A DNA stretch of 64,000 bases from IMG/VR virus record IMGVR_UViG_3300020045_008999, positions 1-64,000 of that record. One strand, 5' to 3'. Shown here one piece after another: positions 1 to 8,922 of this stretch. Position 1 is the first letter of the stretch. Every line of letters starts with the position of its first letter. Under the pieces are notes generated by a model. The model made no database searches. It saw only the letters and a program-made list of their open reading frames with translations, and was not told where the DNA came from. Both the position numbers and the translations under genes were made by a program. The DNA is from a virus. Its lineage: Duplodnaviria; Heunggongvirae; Uroviricota; Caudoviricetes.

Positions 1-88
1 GTAAAAGAATAATAGTGAAAGGATAGGTGACAATTGACCAAAAGACCTTGGATGCCTGAGGAATTAAAGATACTTGAAAGCGGAATGA
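1..88. repeat. Left arm of a perfect 88-bp inverted repeat. It equals the reverse complement of 1483-1570 and may extend beyond the window start.
   Basis: Base-by-base comparison: the reverse complement of 1483-1570 equals 1-88 exactly; the match breaks at 89 vs 1482. Confidence 0.85.
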
Positions 89-107
89 TATTTGAATTCA
101 TTATTGT

Positions 108-458
108 ATGGATTGTTTTAAAATGACCCGCCTTATAATCCTCTTATCCCTCGCCGCCCTCGCTTGCGGTACTCCCGTCCTCATTGCGCCCGCCGATAGT
201 ACCAAAATTGATACAAAGCCAATGACGGCAATTACCCCTCATGTGGCGGATGAATTACGTCAAGCCGTTGCTTGTGTCCCTTACATGGTTAACGTCCGCA
301 CAGATGCGGGAACCGAACACGGCGTTATTGACCAACTGGCAGACCAAACGCCTGTGATAATAACGGGCGAAAAGTTAGACCGTTTCGGGTATGTGTGGGA
401 TGCAGTAAGTTATGGCGATAAAAGCGGGTATGTTTACAGTAAGTACATTTGCGAGTGA
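108..458 (+). CDS. Secreted protein with a bacterial SH3 (SH3b)-like domain
   Basis: N-terminal signal peptide (LIILLSLAALACG). The C-terminal segment VNVRTDAGTEHGVIDQLADQTPVIITGEK..GYVWDAVSYGDKSGYVYSKYI fits the SH3_3 pattern. Lies in a segment whose GC is well above the window average. Confidence 0.55.
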   Translation: MDCFKMTRLIILLSLAALACGTPVLIAPADSTKIDTKPMTAITPHVADELRQAVACVPYMVNVRTDAGTEHGVIDQLADQTPVIITGEKLDRFGYVWDAVSYGDKSGYVYSKYICE

Positions 459-512
459 TGCAATCAGGTATAATGGCAATGTCGACTAAAAACTATATAG
501 GAGTAATAAAAA

Positions 513-740
513 ATGAAACTGAATTTCCAGAACTGGTTCGCTGATTCCCCTCTCGCCTCGTTCCTTCGCACCTTTGCCGCCGTTGTGCTATCAAGTGCGG
601 TTGCGGACTTTGTGCGCGTGGGGCAATTTGAATTCACCAACTGGCAAGCCTGGGCAATCGCCGCGCTTGTCTCAGCCCTGCCCGCGTTATTGCGCTGGTT
701 GAATCCTCAGGACGTATTAAGCACGGCGTCGAAGGGATAA
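513..740 (+). CDS. Putative holin (phage r1t-like small membrane protein)
   Basis: 75 aa with two hydrophobic helices. LRTFAAVVLSSAVADFV ... AWAIAALVSALPALLRWL resembles the r1t holin family. GC-elevated. Confidence 0.45.
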   Translation: MKLNFQNWFADSPLASFLRTFAAVVLSSAVADFVRVGQFEFTNWQAWAIAALVSALPALLRWLNPQDVLSTASKG

Positions 741-976
741 GGGTATAATAGCATAAGCCCTGACCGTCCTCAATGTAGCCTGTATCGAATCAAGATATAC
801 AGGAAGTGGCGGCAGGGCTTTACTATTGGGCGGCAATAAAAACCCATAACGAAATGGAAAAATTATGTATGTAATCCCCGCGTGGTTTATATCTGGATTT
901 AGCTTTATTATTTTTATTATTTGCATGTATAACTTCTTTGTCATTAAATCGCGCAAAGCTGGCGGGTATGGAGTTG

Positions 977-1537
977 TTATGTTGTATTTCCCAGCCCTAC
1001 AAAAATATTATCAAACATGCCAAAACTTCTAAACACCTGGCGGGCTTCTGTCATCTCGTCCGATAACCCACCGCCTTTGCCTAACATCCCTATTTTTTCC
1101 AGCTTCTCAATAGCCGCATCCTTTATCTTTGCGGGTATCATTTCTATCAATTCTTTTATAGTTTCAAAGTTGGCTTCCGTATCGTCTTCTATCCATTCCG
1201 CTCCCCACTTGCTTAGACTGTCGTAGTGCAATAAATCCCCGTTTAGGTGTAATGTCTTTATTCCCCAGCTATCCGCCAAGTCGAGCACCCTGTTTATAAA
1301 TTCGGCATTGTGAAACGGGGCTTCTATATCCGACATTACCACCGCGTCACCCTCTGATTTTAAGGGCCTGTCAAACTTCGGCATTGTCGAAACGGGTACG
1401 GGGATTAATTCCTTGTCCCTGTATAACTTTGATTCAACCGATGAAACACTTCTTTGTAATTTCTTTGCTATTTCCTTGCTTGTCATTCCGCTTTCAAGTA
1501 TCTTTAATTCCTCAGGCATCCAAGGTCTTTTGGTCAA
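977..1537 (-). CDS. HTH-domain protein with an N-terminal WxPEExxxL / sigma-70 region-4-like helix-turn-helix and an uncharacterised C-terminal half
   Basis: ORF starts at TTG within the right inverted-repeat arm. KRPWMPEELKILESGMTSKEIAKKLQRSVSSVESKL is HTH-like. The downstream region (DIEAPFHN...GDLLHYD) is weakly metallophosphoesterase-like. Confidence 0.45.
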   Translation of the reverse strand: MTKRPWMPEELKILESGMTSKEIAKKLQRSVSSVESKLYRDKELIPVPVSTMPKFDRPLKSEGDAVVMSDIEAPFHNAEFINRVLDLADSWGIKTLHLNGDLLHYDSLSKWGAEWIEDDTEANFETIKELIEMIPAKIKDAAIEKLEKIGMLGKGGGLSDEMTEARQVFRSFGMFDNIFVGLGNTT

Positions 1538-1570
1538 TTGTCACCTATCCTTTCACTATTATTCTTTTAC
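1483..1570. repeat. Right arm of the 88-bp inverted repeat. It contains the 5' end (TTG/ATG start and first ~18 codons) of the minus-strand gene 977-1537.
   Basis: Reverse complement is identical to 1-88. The left copy also starts a short 30-codon ORF with the same first 18 codons. Confidence 0.85.
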
Positions 1571-1831
1571 AACGATTTCATGCCGCCACGTATAATTTTT
1601 TATAATAGGCGGTTCACCCATTTGGATAATCAGATCAATTTCAAGCTGCGCCCCTGATACCATCGCCTTTAAATCATCGTACTTCTTTTCAAGGGCGGTA
1701 TATCAATCATCATATTCATCCACTTCAAGCTCATACTCTTCATCGGGGTCATCGTCATCGTCATTTAGTGGATTCGGTGGGGGGTCTTCATCAGGGGGTG
1801 GGGCATCAAGCGATTGGTAATAAAAAATCAT
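1559..1831 (-). pseudogene. 91-codon acidic/Pro-rich ORF interrupted by a single in-frame TGA (codon 43, bases 1703-1705)
   Basis: Manual translation: MIFYYQSLDAPPPDEDPPPNPLNDDDDDPDEEYELEVDEYDD*YTALEKKYDDLKAMVSGAQLEIDLIIQMGEPPIIKNYTWRHEIVVKE. Absent from the ORF track because of the stop. Its 3' end runs 12 bp into the right inverted-repeat arm. Confidence 0.3.
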
Positions 1832-1873
1832 AATAAAATATAATTAAACAAAAATCTATAATACTTAAATAAT

Positions 1874-2476
1874 ATGAAATATTTATCTTGGTTACTTCCT
1901 TTGGGAATCGCTGCAATCATAGTAATTGCATTTTATGGTCTAATCGTAGGATTTAATAATTCCGCTGTAATGTTACAAGAAACCGCAAAAGGATCTTGGG
2001 GAAATGTAGAATCATCCTATCAACGTCGTAATGATTTAATTGGAAATTTGGTGAAAACGGTACAAGGTGCTGCTAATTTCGAAAAAGGTACGTTAACCGC
2101 CGTTATTGAGGCAAGAGCAAAAGCCACATCAACTACAATTGATATTTCTAAAGCCACACCCGCTCAAATAGAAGCGTATCGTAACAATCAAAGTGCCGTA
2201 TCATCATCATTGTCTAGATTATTAGTTAGTGTAGAGCGTTATCCGGAATTGAAAGCCAATGAGAATTTTCTTCGATTACAAACTGAGTTAGAGGGAACTG
2301 AAAACAGAATTAAGTTTGCCCGTGACAATTACAATATTGCGGTTAAACCATATAATATACACATTAAAACCTTTCCTAATTCGTTCATCAATGGGTTTTT
2401 TGGATTTGTAGAATTGCCATATTATAAATCAGATAAAGGGGCTGAAAATGCTCCAGTTGTTGACTTTAAATTTTAA
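1874..2476 (+). CDS. lemA: LemA family membrane protein
   Basis: N-terminal TM helix followed by the conserved LemA core (SWGNVESSYQRRNDLIGNLVKTVQGAANFEKGTL...VIEARAKAT). Confidence 0.8.
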   Translation: MKYLSWLLPLGIAAIIVIAFYGLIVGFNNSAVMLQETAKGSWGNVESSYQRRNDLIGNLVKTVQGAANFEKGTLTAVIEARAKATSTTIDISKATPAQIEAYRNNQSAVSSSLSRLLVSVERYPELKANENFLRLQTELEGTENRIKFARDNYNIAVKPYNIHIKTFPNSFINGFFGFVELPYYKSDKGAENAPVVDFKF

Positions 2477-2485
2477 ATTTTAAAA

Positions 2486-3724
2486 ATGAAAAATATCGTA
2501 ACTGAATTTAGATGGCGCGGTCTATTACAAAACCTATCAAATGGGACCGAAGAACAATTAACAAAGGAATCGACAAGCGTGTACATTGGATTTGATCCAA
2601 CATCGGATTCACTTCATGTTGGAAGTTTAGTACCAATCATAATGTTGAAACATTTAGAAAATTTCAATCACAAACCAATTGTTTTAATTGGTGGGGCCAC
2701 TGGAATGATTGGTGACCCAAGTGGGAAATCCGAAGAACGCAACCAACTATCATCAGACGAGCTTGATAAAAATTATGAGGGAATTCGTAAAACCTTACGA
2801 CATTTTTTAACAAACGCAACGTTTGTAAATAATTTCGACTGGATGTCAAAATTCTCGTTTTTAGATTTCATTAGTCAAATTGGAAAAATGATTACTGTTA
2901 ACTACATGATGGGTAAAGAATCGGTGAAAACAAGATTAGATAAAGGCGGAATGTCCTTTACTGAATTCACATACCAATTGCTACAAGGATATGATTTCAT
3001 GCACTTGTATGAAAATTACAATTGCAAGGTGCAGATGGGTGGATCTGATCAATATGGCAACATGACTACTGGATTAGAGCTTATTCGTAAAAAAGGAGGT
3101 CACGGGTTCGCACTAACATGTCCATTATTGGTTAAATCTGATGGGCAAAAATTCGGAAAATCAGAATCGGGAAATATCTGGTTAGACAAATCCAAGACTT
3201 CGGTATATGAATTTTACCAATTTTGGTTAAACCAAAGTGATCAAGATAGTGAACATCTTATTAAAACACTCACTTTCATGGATCAAGAATCAATACTTGC
3301 TCTTATTGCCGAGCATAAAATTGATGAATCAAAAAGGTTGCTTCAAAAACGATTGGCTTCGGAATTAACTATATTTGTGCATAGTGAAGAAGACCTACAA
3401 GATGTTGTCAACGTTTCAAATGTTATTTTCAATCGTGGTATTTTCGATGATAATACCAATATGCAGATGCTTACAGAAGTAGTTAACGATGCCAAAGAAG
3501 TTGAATTATCATCCGGGGTTACCGTATTGGATTTTTTAACTATGTCAGATTTTCTAACGTCTAATAATGAACGACGTCGGGCATTAAATGAGGGATCGGT
3601 GTTGATTAATAAGATCAAGGTTAATATAGACACGATGATCACAAAATCACACTTCATTAAAAATCACTTACTGATTCAACGCGGTAAAAAAATGTCAAAA
3701 GTGATAGTTCTCACTAATGCGTAA
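2486..3724 (+). CDS. tyrS: Tyrosyl-tRNA synthetase (class I aaRS)
   Basis: YIGFDPTSDSLHVGSLVPI (HIGH-type motif region), KFGKSESGNIWLD (KMSKS motif, as in bacterial TyrRS), and a C-terminal S4-like domain. 412 aa. Confidence 0.9.
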   Translation: MKNIVTEFRWRGLLQNLSNGTEEQLTKESTSVYIGFDPTSDSLHVGSLVPIIMLKHLENFNHKPIVLIGGATGMIGDPSGKSEERNQLSSDELDKNYEGIRKTLRHFLTNATFVNNFDWMSKFSFLDFISQIGKMITVNYMMGKESVKTRLDKGGMSFTEFTYQLLQGYDFMHLYENYNCKVQMGGSDQYGNMTTGLELIRKKGGHGFALTCPLLVKSDGQKFGKSESGNIWLDKSKTSVYEFYQFWLNQSDQDSEHLIKTLTFMDQESILALIAEHKIDESKRLLQKRLASELTIFVHSEEDLQDVVNVSNVIFNRGIFDDNTNMQMLTEVVNDAKEVELSSGVTVLDFLTMSDFLTSNNERRRALNEGSVLINKIKVNIDTMITKSHFIKNHLLIQRGKKMSKVIVLTNA

Positions 3725-3774
3725 CATTTTCGTATAAATCTATAATAAGTATTAACAACCATATACATTTAAGT

Positions 3775-4044
3775 ATGCCAGAAATCGATGCATATGCTGC
3801 ACATAATTCGTTAATTATTCCGGATATATATCCTACTGATTTAGAGGAATGTTTGGTACTATTCGAAAGGATAAAATACGATAGTTTTGGATTTCCGTTG
3901 GTATTCCTAGACTATGACTATACGTTTAAAAGCTGGTGTGTTTGTTTTAGAAACCCTGCTAATTTTACTAATCCGGATATTAAAGAAAAGACACCCCTTG
4001 ATGCATGTCATCGAATGTTTGATTTTTTAAAATGTAAAAAGTAA
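3775..4044 (+). CDS. Hypothetical protein
   Basis: 89-aa ORF in co-directional gene array. Confidence 0.35.
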   Translation: MPEIDAYAAHNSLIIPDIYPTDLEECLVLFERIKYDSFGFPLVFLDYDYTFKSWCVCFRNPANFTNPDIKEKTPLDACHRMFDFLKCKK

Positions 4045-4093
4045 TATCTCACATGGTGATAATCCAAAAAGTACCTATTATAAAAAAAATAGT

Positions 4094-4381
4094 ATGTCAA
4101 ATTTCAATTATAAGTCACTTGTAGCTATTTGCGTTATTTTATTTGTTAATTGTGGTGAAAAACGCAATGAATCACAAGCTGCCAGTATTATGTCAGAACC
4201 CGATTTTGAAGAAACACAAGAAAGTCGAGTTAAAGAAGAACGCTTGGGGTATTCGGGTGTTACAATATTAACCGTGGATGCCCATGAGTATATCCATTAC
4301 AGAGATGGTAATAATGCGGCTGCTGTCGGTGGTATAATCCATAAATTCGATTGTAAATTCTGTTTGGGTAAACCGGATTAA
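4094..4381 (+). CDS. Putative small lipoprotein
   Basis: Signal peptide ending in a lipobox-like ILFVNCG. Confidence 0.4.
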   Translation: MSNFNYKSLVAICVILFVNCGEKRNESQAASIMSEPDFEETQESRVKEERLGYSGVTILTVDAHEYIHYRDGNNAAAVGGIIHKFDCKFCLGKPD

Positions 4382-4423
4382 CATTACATAAAATTATTAA
4401 TTATTAATTATATTCATTAAACA

Positions 4424-4684
4424 ATGAGTCATGAAAATACAAATGATTCACTAGATAAATCTGGTGATGTAAGTCGCTTTGAACCCCATTTTTTACAATA
4501 CTGGGAGCATGTTAAAGATGTTGTTGATGAAAATGGGTGGGTCTATAGTAAAGATGTTATTTATTTACTGGATTCATATTTTGAACACAACACTGATCAA
4601 GAAATCCTATTCGAGAAACACTATGATGATAAGCCTTGGAATGGCTATCGTTGGAAGCCGAAATCAATTCTAAACGTCTTATAG
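4424..4684 (+). CDS. Hypothetical protein
   Basis: 86-aa ORF. Confidence 0.35.
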   Translation: MSHENTNDSLDKSGDVSRFEPHFLQYWEHVKDVVDENGWVYSKDVIYLLDSYFEHNTDQEILFEKHYDDKPWNGYRWKPKSILNVL

Positions 4685-4996
4685 TTCGCGTCATTATTTT
4701 GATCGAAAATTATTAATATTAGCACCTATAGATAGATGAATACCGAAGAAATCAATGACAAGAATAATAACCATCCCACTGTTAGAGAAACAATACCATT
4801 GACAAATCAACAGATGTGGAAGATGGCAAAAATAATAACAGAAAAACAAAAAGCTGCCAGAGACCATCCAACTGATTTGATAGACTGGAATTTACTGGAG
4901 GGATTTTGGTTTGAATGGTTGGAAGAAGAATTATGTGTTGGTGAAATATAATACATGTAATTTTATAAAAAACACTAATTAATAACATTTGAAATT

Positions 4997-5224
4997 ATGT
5001 ACGATACATTTATGAACGACTTACATGGCGATTTGGATAAGAAAACAATTAAACCCGCTTTTGTTTCGGAAAGTTGTAATGGCGAAGTTTGCTCCGTTTG
5101 TGGTAAGGATGCTACGAATAAGTTAGGTGAAGAAATACCTTTTGATGATCCGAATAAAAATAGACATAATTTAACTGCATATGTTTGTCGAGAACATTTC
5201 ACTATGATTGTTGGTGGAAGCTAA
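4997..5224 (+). CDS. Small Cys-containing protein (CxxC...CxxC, putative zinc-binding)
   Basis: CNGEVCSVCGKD...CREHF. Confidence 0.35.
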   Translation: MYDTFMNDLHGDLDKKTIKPAFVSESCNGEVCSVCGKDATNKLGEEIPFDDPNKNRHNLTAYVCREHFTMIVGGS

Positions 5225-5281
5225 AACAATCCAACATGAGTACAAACTTTTTTTATACCAATTCCTGAAAGTTAAACTGTT

Positions 5282-5608
5282 ATGAACATTCTTTTCATTT
5301 GCACTGCAAATAGGAATAGAAGTAGGACTGCTGAAATTTATTTCCAGAATAAATATCCTAAAGATAGATTCCGAAGTGCAGGTATTAATAAATATTTATC
5401 AGAAAGACATGGTGGCATTCATGTCAAAAAATATATGCTTGACATCGCTGACCGAATTATTTGTGCAGAATCTGAACACTCAGACTGGATTGTTCAAAAT
5501 ATTGACAAAAAATACCTCAACAAAATTGAGGTATTGAATCTTGCTGATAATGAAAATTTTATGAGCCAAGAATTAATTAATATTTTAGGTGAGATATTTC
5601 AATTGTAA
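5282..5608 (+). CDS. Low-molecular-weight protein-tyrosine phosphatase / ArsC-fold protein (short)
   Basis: N-terminal P-loop ILFICTANRNRSRTAE matches the CX5R(S/T) signature of LMW-PTP/arsenate reductase. Confidence 0.45.
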   Translation: MNILFICTANRNRSRTAEIYFQNKYPKDRFRSAGINKYLSERHGGIHVKKYMLDIADRIICAESEHSDWIVQNIDKKYLNKIEVLNLADNENFMSQELINILGEIFQL

Positions 5609-5629
5609 GACTAACATGTCTTATTCGTA

Positions 5630-5929
5630 TCAACTTACATGACCGCAGAATCTTTTACTCAATTGGTGTTGGTACATATCCCCAATAGTAGTAGACGTAT
5701 TATCCAAGTCCAGTATTTCTGCTATTGCTGCACACCTAATTCGATTAGGACATTCCAGCCATTTGTAGTAGTAATAATTATCATAGGAATAGTAATAATT
5801 ATTATCAAAGTATATTCCGTGTTCCCAATTGTACCCCTCAAGTATTTCATCAAAAGAGTCACAACTTCCATAGAATGATTGTGCAACATTATTAAAATCT
5901 TTAATATCTTTTTTAAATTTATTTTTCAT
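5630..5929 (-). CDS. Hypothetical Tyr-rich protein
   Basis: 99-aa ORF containing a YYYSYDNYYYYKW stretch. Confidence 0.35.
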   Translation of the reverse strand: MKNKFKKDIKDFNNVAQSFYGSCDSFDEILEGYNWEHGIYFDNNYYYSYDNYYYYKWLECPNRIRCAAIAEILDLDNTSTTIGDMYQHQLSKRFCGHVS

Positions 5930-5946
5930 TTAATTATTTTTTTATT

Positions 5947-6225
5947 ATGAATGGTCAATCACCAACCGAGTTAGCTAAAAATTTTGACAGAGTACGTACA
6001 ATCATCGAAAAAGCCAAAGGTGATGAAGATAAAGAAATTTCATTAGCCAGAAAACAGGCGAATGCAATATTAAATGAATACAAAGCAATCAATCGGGCAC
6101 TGGCCGCTCGGGAACTCGGAAAGGAAAACATATTTGAAATTTTCTTCAAACGAGCCTATGAATTGGGATCAGTAAGTCAAGTGGATTATCGATCCTATGT
6201 TATCAGTAAATTATTAAATGATTAA
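5947..6225 (+). CDS. Hypothetical protein
   Basis: 92-aa ORF. Confidence 0.35.
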   Translation: MNGQSPTELAKNFDRVRTIIEKAKGDEDKEISLARKQANAILNEYKAINRALAARELGKENIFEIFFKRAYELGSVSQVDYRSYVISKLLND

Positions 6226-6572
6226 TACGCACTGAACCCGGTTATATCAACTGGAAATTCTTGATTTATTTCAGTCTCTGTGCTGAATTCCTCAACTGGC
6301 TCTTCTTCAACTAGATCTACCGGAAATTCATCATTTATATTAATTGGAACTTCATCAATAATTGGTTCTTCTACTAATTCAACTGGAAACGTTTCTGCGA
6401 TTTCCCGACCAATTTCCAAAGTATCATCAGCAGATACAACATTATCAACTAAATTAATATCTAATGGTTCTTCAATAAAAGTTGATACAATACTACTTCC
6501 CCTCTGTCTTGTCTCATCCCGTAATCTTTCGCGCTCGTCTATAAATGATTCAAATGTTTTAATTAATGCCAT
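6222..6572 (-). CDS. Acidic tandem-repeat protein
   Basis: Three copies of (N)EFPV(D/E)LVEE(E)P. Confidence 0.45.
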   Translation of the reverse strand: MALIKTFESFIDERERLRDETRQRGSSIVSTFIEEPLDINLVDNVVSADDTLEIGREIAETFPVELVEEPIIDEVPININDEFPVDLVEEEPVEEFSTETEINQEFPVDITGFSAY

Positions 6573-6826
6573 AATATTATTTTTTTTATTATAGTATATA
6601 TAATATTTTATACTTCATGTTTTGTGAATTATCACATATTATACAAAAATACTATTTAAATATCAAATAACAATGACTTAGACCTACATTTATTGCTAAT
6701 ATGTGAATATATATTACTAGTGTATATTTGGTATTATCGATGTTATTGATTTATAATGCATTGATTAATGAACTTTTTATTATTTATATCATATACGTAT
6801 ATAATATAAATGTAAAAATGTAAATC
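6573..6826. promoter_or_regulatory. Very AT-rich divergent intergenic region (putative divergent promoters)
   Basis: 254 bp without ORFs between a minus-strand and a plus-strand gene, with TATA-rich runs. Confidence 0.35.
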
Positions 6827-7575
6827 ATGGAACAAATTATAATAGCTTTATACGTAAATGTAGTACATCTACCCCAAACCAAAAAGATTGAATTACTTGC
6901 AGAATATCGAAATATGTTAATTAATGAAGTAGGAATTACATATCACGTATTTGGTACAGTATCCGGTGAAACAAAAATGGAGTTAATTTATCCAAGTAGT
7001 ACTTGTGTAAATCTAGAAGATGCCATTAATAAAGTAAAAGAGTTAGAACTAGAAATCAATAAATAAAAATAAATACTATGATAATTTTAGATAAAAATTA
7101 TACAATTGACAGTGATGGTATGGGAGTAATTTTAAAATTCACAGAAGCCCGCACTAGATTGGATAAAAATAATGAAACGGTAGCTTACGTTGCTACAAAC
7201 AATTACTATTATGGAACGGTACCACAAGCGTTATGTAAATACAAAGATCTTGTATTAGAAGTACCGGAATCACTAATCGAAGTATTGGAGCGATTAAATG
7301 AAGTTGAAAGCTTGATACGATCCATTAAGTTTGATGTAAAAGTATAAGGTGTGGAAATTTCAAATCCAATGAAAATGTGTATTGTTAATTATATTTGCAC
7401 TACACATGGATATGGTATAGATGATCTAACTATACTAAGTGTCCATAGTACAATCGATGGATCAATGGTAATAAAATATAGCGATTATGAGTATAGTTTT
7501 GCATTAACCATCGCGGAATTTGAATTGAAAAAACTGAAAAGAGTCTGTGAAATAAATGAAATTTTAAATAGTTAA
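6827..7575 (+). other. Three small hypothetical ORFs (6827-7066, 7078-7347, 7351-7575)
   Basis: Tightly packed co-directional ORFs of 74-89 aa. Confidence 0.3.
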
Positions 7576-7580
7576 AAGTT

Positions 7581-8183
7581 ATGAGTACTAAAAATAATAC
7601 ACCCACTTCAATATTTGAATACCAAGACAAATGTCCATCATGTGGTAGTTTTTGCAACATTGAACAAGATTTAGATGACAATGACTTTTGTAATGATTGT
7701 AGACCTATGGAAATCAATATTATTGTGGCAGCTTCTGAAAATTTAACCATAGGTAAAGACAATGATCTGCCTTGGAAAATACCTAGTGATCTAAAAAAAT
7801 TCAAACAAATAACCACCGGGTCGATTGTAATAATGGGCAGAAAGTGTTATGAAAGTATTGGGCGGCCATTACCAGGTAGACAAAATATTGTAATTACTAG
7901 GAATACTGATCTTACTATTGAGGGTTGTGAAGTTGTCAATAGCATCAATCAGGCATTATCACTGTGTAAAAATGATTCACGGGAAATATTCATAATTGGT
8001 GGTGCTGAAATTTACAAACAAACGTTTAGTTTTGCAACTAAATTATACCTCACCGAGATAAAAGGAAATGTAGATGGTGATGTCAAATTAGAAGGAATGA
8101 ATTTAGAGGAATGGTCGTTGGTTTATGAAAGTGAATTATTTGAAGAAAATGGTACACAATTTAGATTCTTGGAATACATATAA
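7581..8183 (+). CDS. folA: Dihydrofolate reductase with an N-terminal zinc-ribbon extension
   Basis: INIIVAASENLTIGKDNDLPWKIPSDLKKFKQITTGSIVIMGRKCYESIGRPLPGRQNIVITRN aligns with the canonical DHFR core. Preceded by CPSCGSFC...CNDC. Confidence 0.9.
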   Translation: MSTKNNTPTSIFEYQDKCPSCGSFCNIEQDLDDNDFCNDCRPMEINIIVAASENLTIGKDNDLPWKIPSDLKKFKQITTGSIVIMGRKCYESIGRPLPGRQNIVITRNTDLTIEGCEVVNSINQALSLCKNDSREIFIIGGAEIYKQTFSFATKLYLTEIKGNVDGDVKLEGMNLEEWSLVYESELFEENGTQFRFLEYI

Positions 8184-8222
8184 AAAACTGTATTAGATAA
8201 ATTCGAGTTTTTAATAATTACC

Positions 8223-8261
8223 ATATTGGCATTTACTTAATGATAAAGTAAATGCCAATAT
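8223..8261. terminator. 14-bp perfect stem-loop (atattggcatttac / gtaaatgccaatat, 11-nt loop) followed by a T-run, downstream of DHFR
   Basis: Read directly from sequence. Confidence 0.35.
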
Positions 8262-8276
8262 TTTATATATACTAAT

Positions 8277-8870
8277 ATGAAATATATCAGAGCGCGTTCT
8301 ACCATTGCCATTATGGAAAATCATAACATAAACCCACATTATGATTTTAATAATTTATCAAAATCAGATCTTGTGGAAATAGCAAAATGGGGCTTACTCG
8401 GAATGTATTCCGATAGTGGGTGTTGGGATGAGGACTTTGACCAATCCAGTGAAACTAATTTAGAAACAGCCATCGACAGGGCACTTGGGGATTTTAATAT
8501 ATTTTTAGGTACACCATATCCATTAGGGTTAGGTAATATTCCAATTAAGCCTACCATACACCGATTGGTAAGACTAGGACATAAATCTGAATTGGATTTA
8601 AATAAACTTGGAACTAGCTGGTTTTCTAATCCAACCCAATATCATAATTATAATTTTTATGATATGTTAGATTATCTAAAACCATTGAATCAAAAAATAC
8701 CAGGTGAAGTCTATTTACTTACCGCTGAATGTACTATCGATAACATTGATGTACAACATACTTTATGGCAACGATCAATCCAACACTCTGAAAATGAAAT
8801 TGTAATAATTGATGATAGTAAACTTTCACTAATATCATGTGAGGTAATAAAAAATTTCACTTACTTATAA
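8277..8870 (+). CDS. Hypothetical protein
   Basis: 197-aa ORF. Confidence 0.45.
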   Translation: MKYIRARSTIAIMENHNINPHYDFNNLSKSDLVEIAKWGLLGMYSDSGCWDEDFDQSSETNLETAIDRALGDFNIFLGTPYPLGLGNIPIKPTIHRLVRLGHKSELDLNKLGTSWFSNPTQYHNYNFYDMLDYLKPLNQKIPGEVYLLTAECTIDNIDVQHTLWQRSIQHSENEIVIIDDSKLSLISCEVIKNFTYL

Positions 8871-8922
8871 TTTAATTAGTAATATTAAATATTTATTTAT
8901 ATTTTTGTTAAAAAGTTAATTC

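Noticed and set aside
977-1537. Transposase or invertase function for the HTH gene inside the inverted-repeat cassette
   Set aside because: There is no DDE, serine-recombinase or tyrosine-recombinase motif, and the C-terminal half is only weakly phosphoesterase-like. It was therefore called an HTH protein, not a recombinase.
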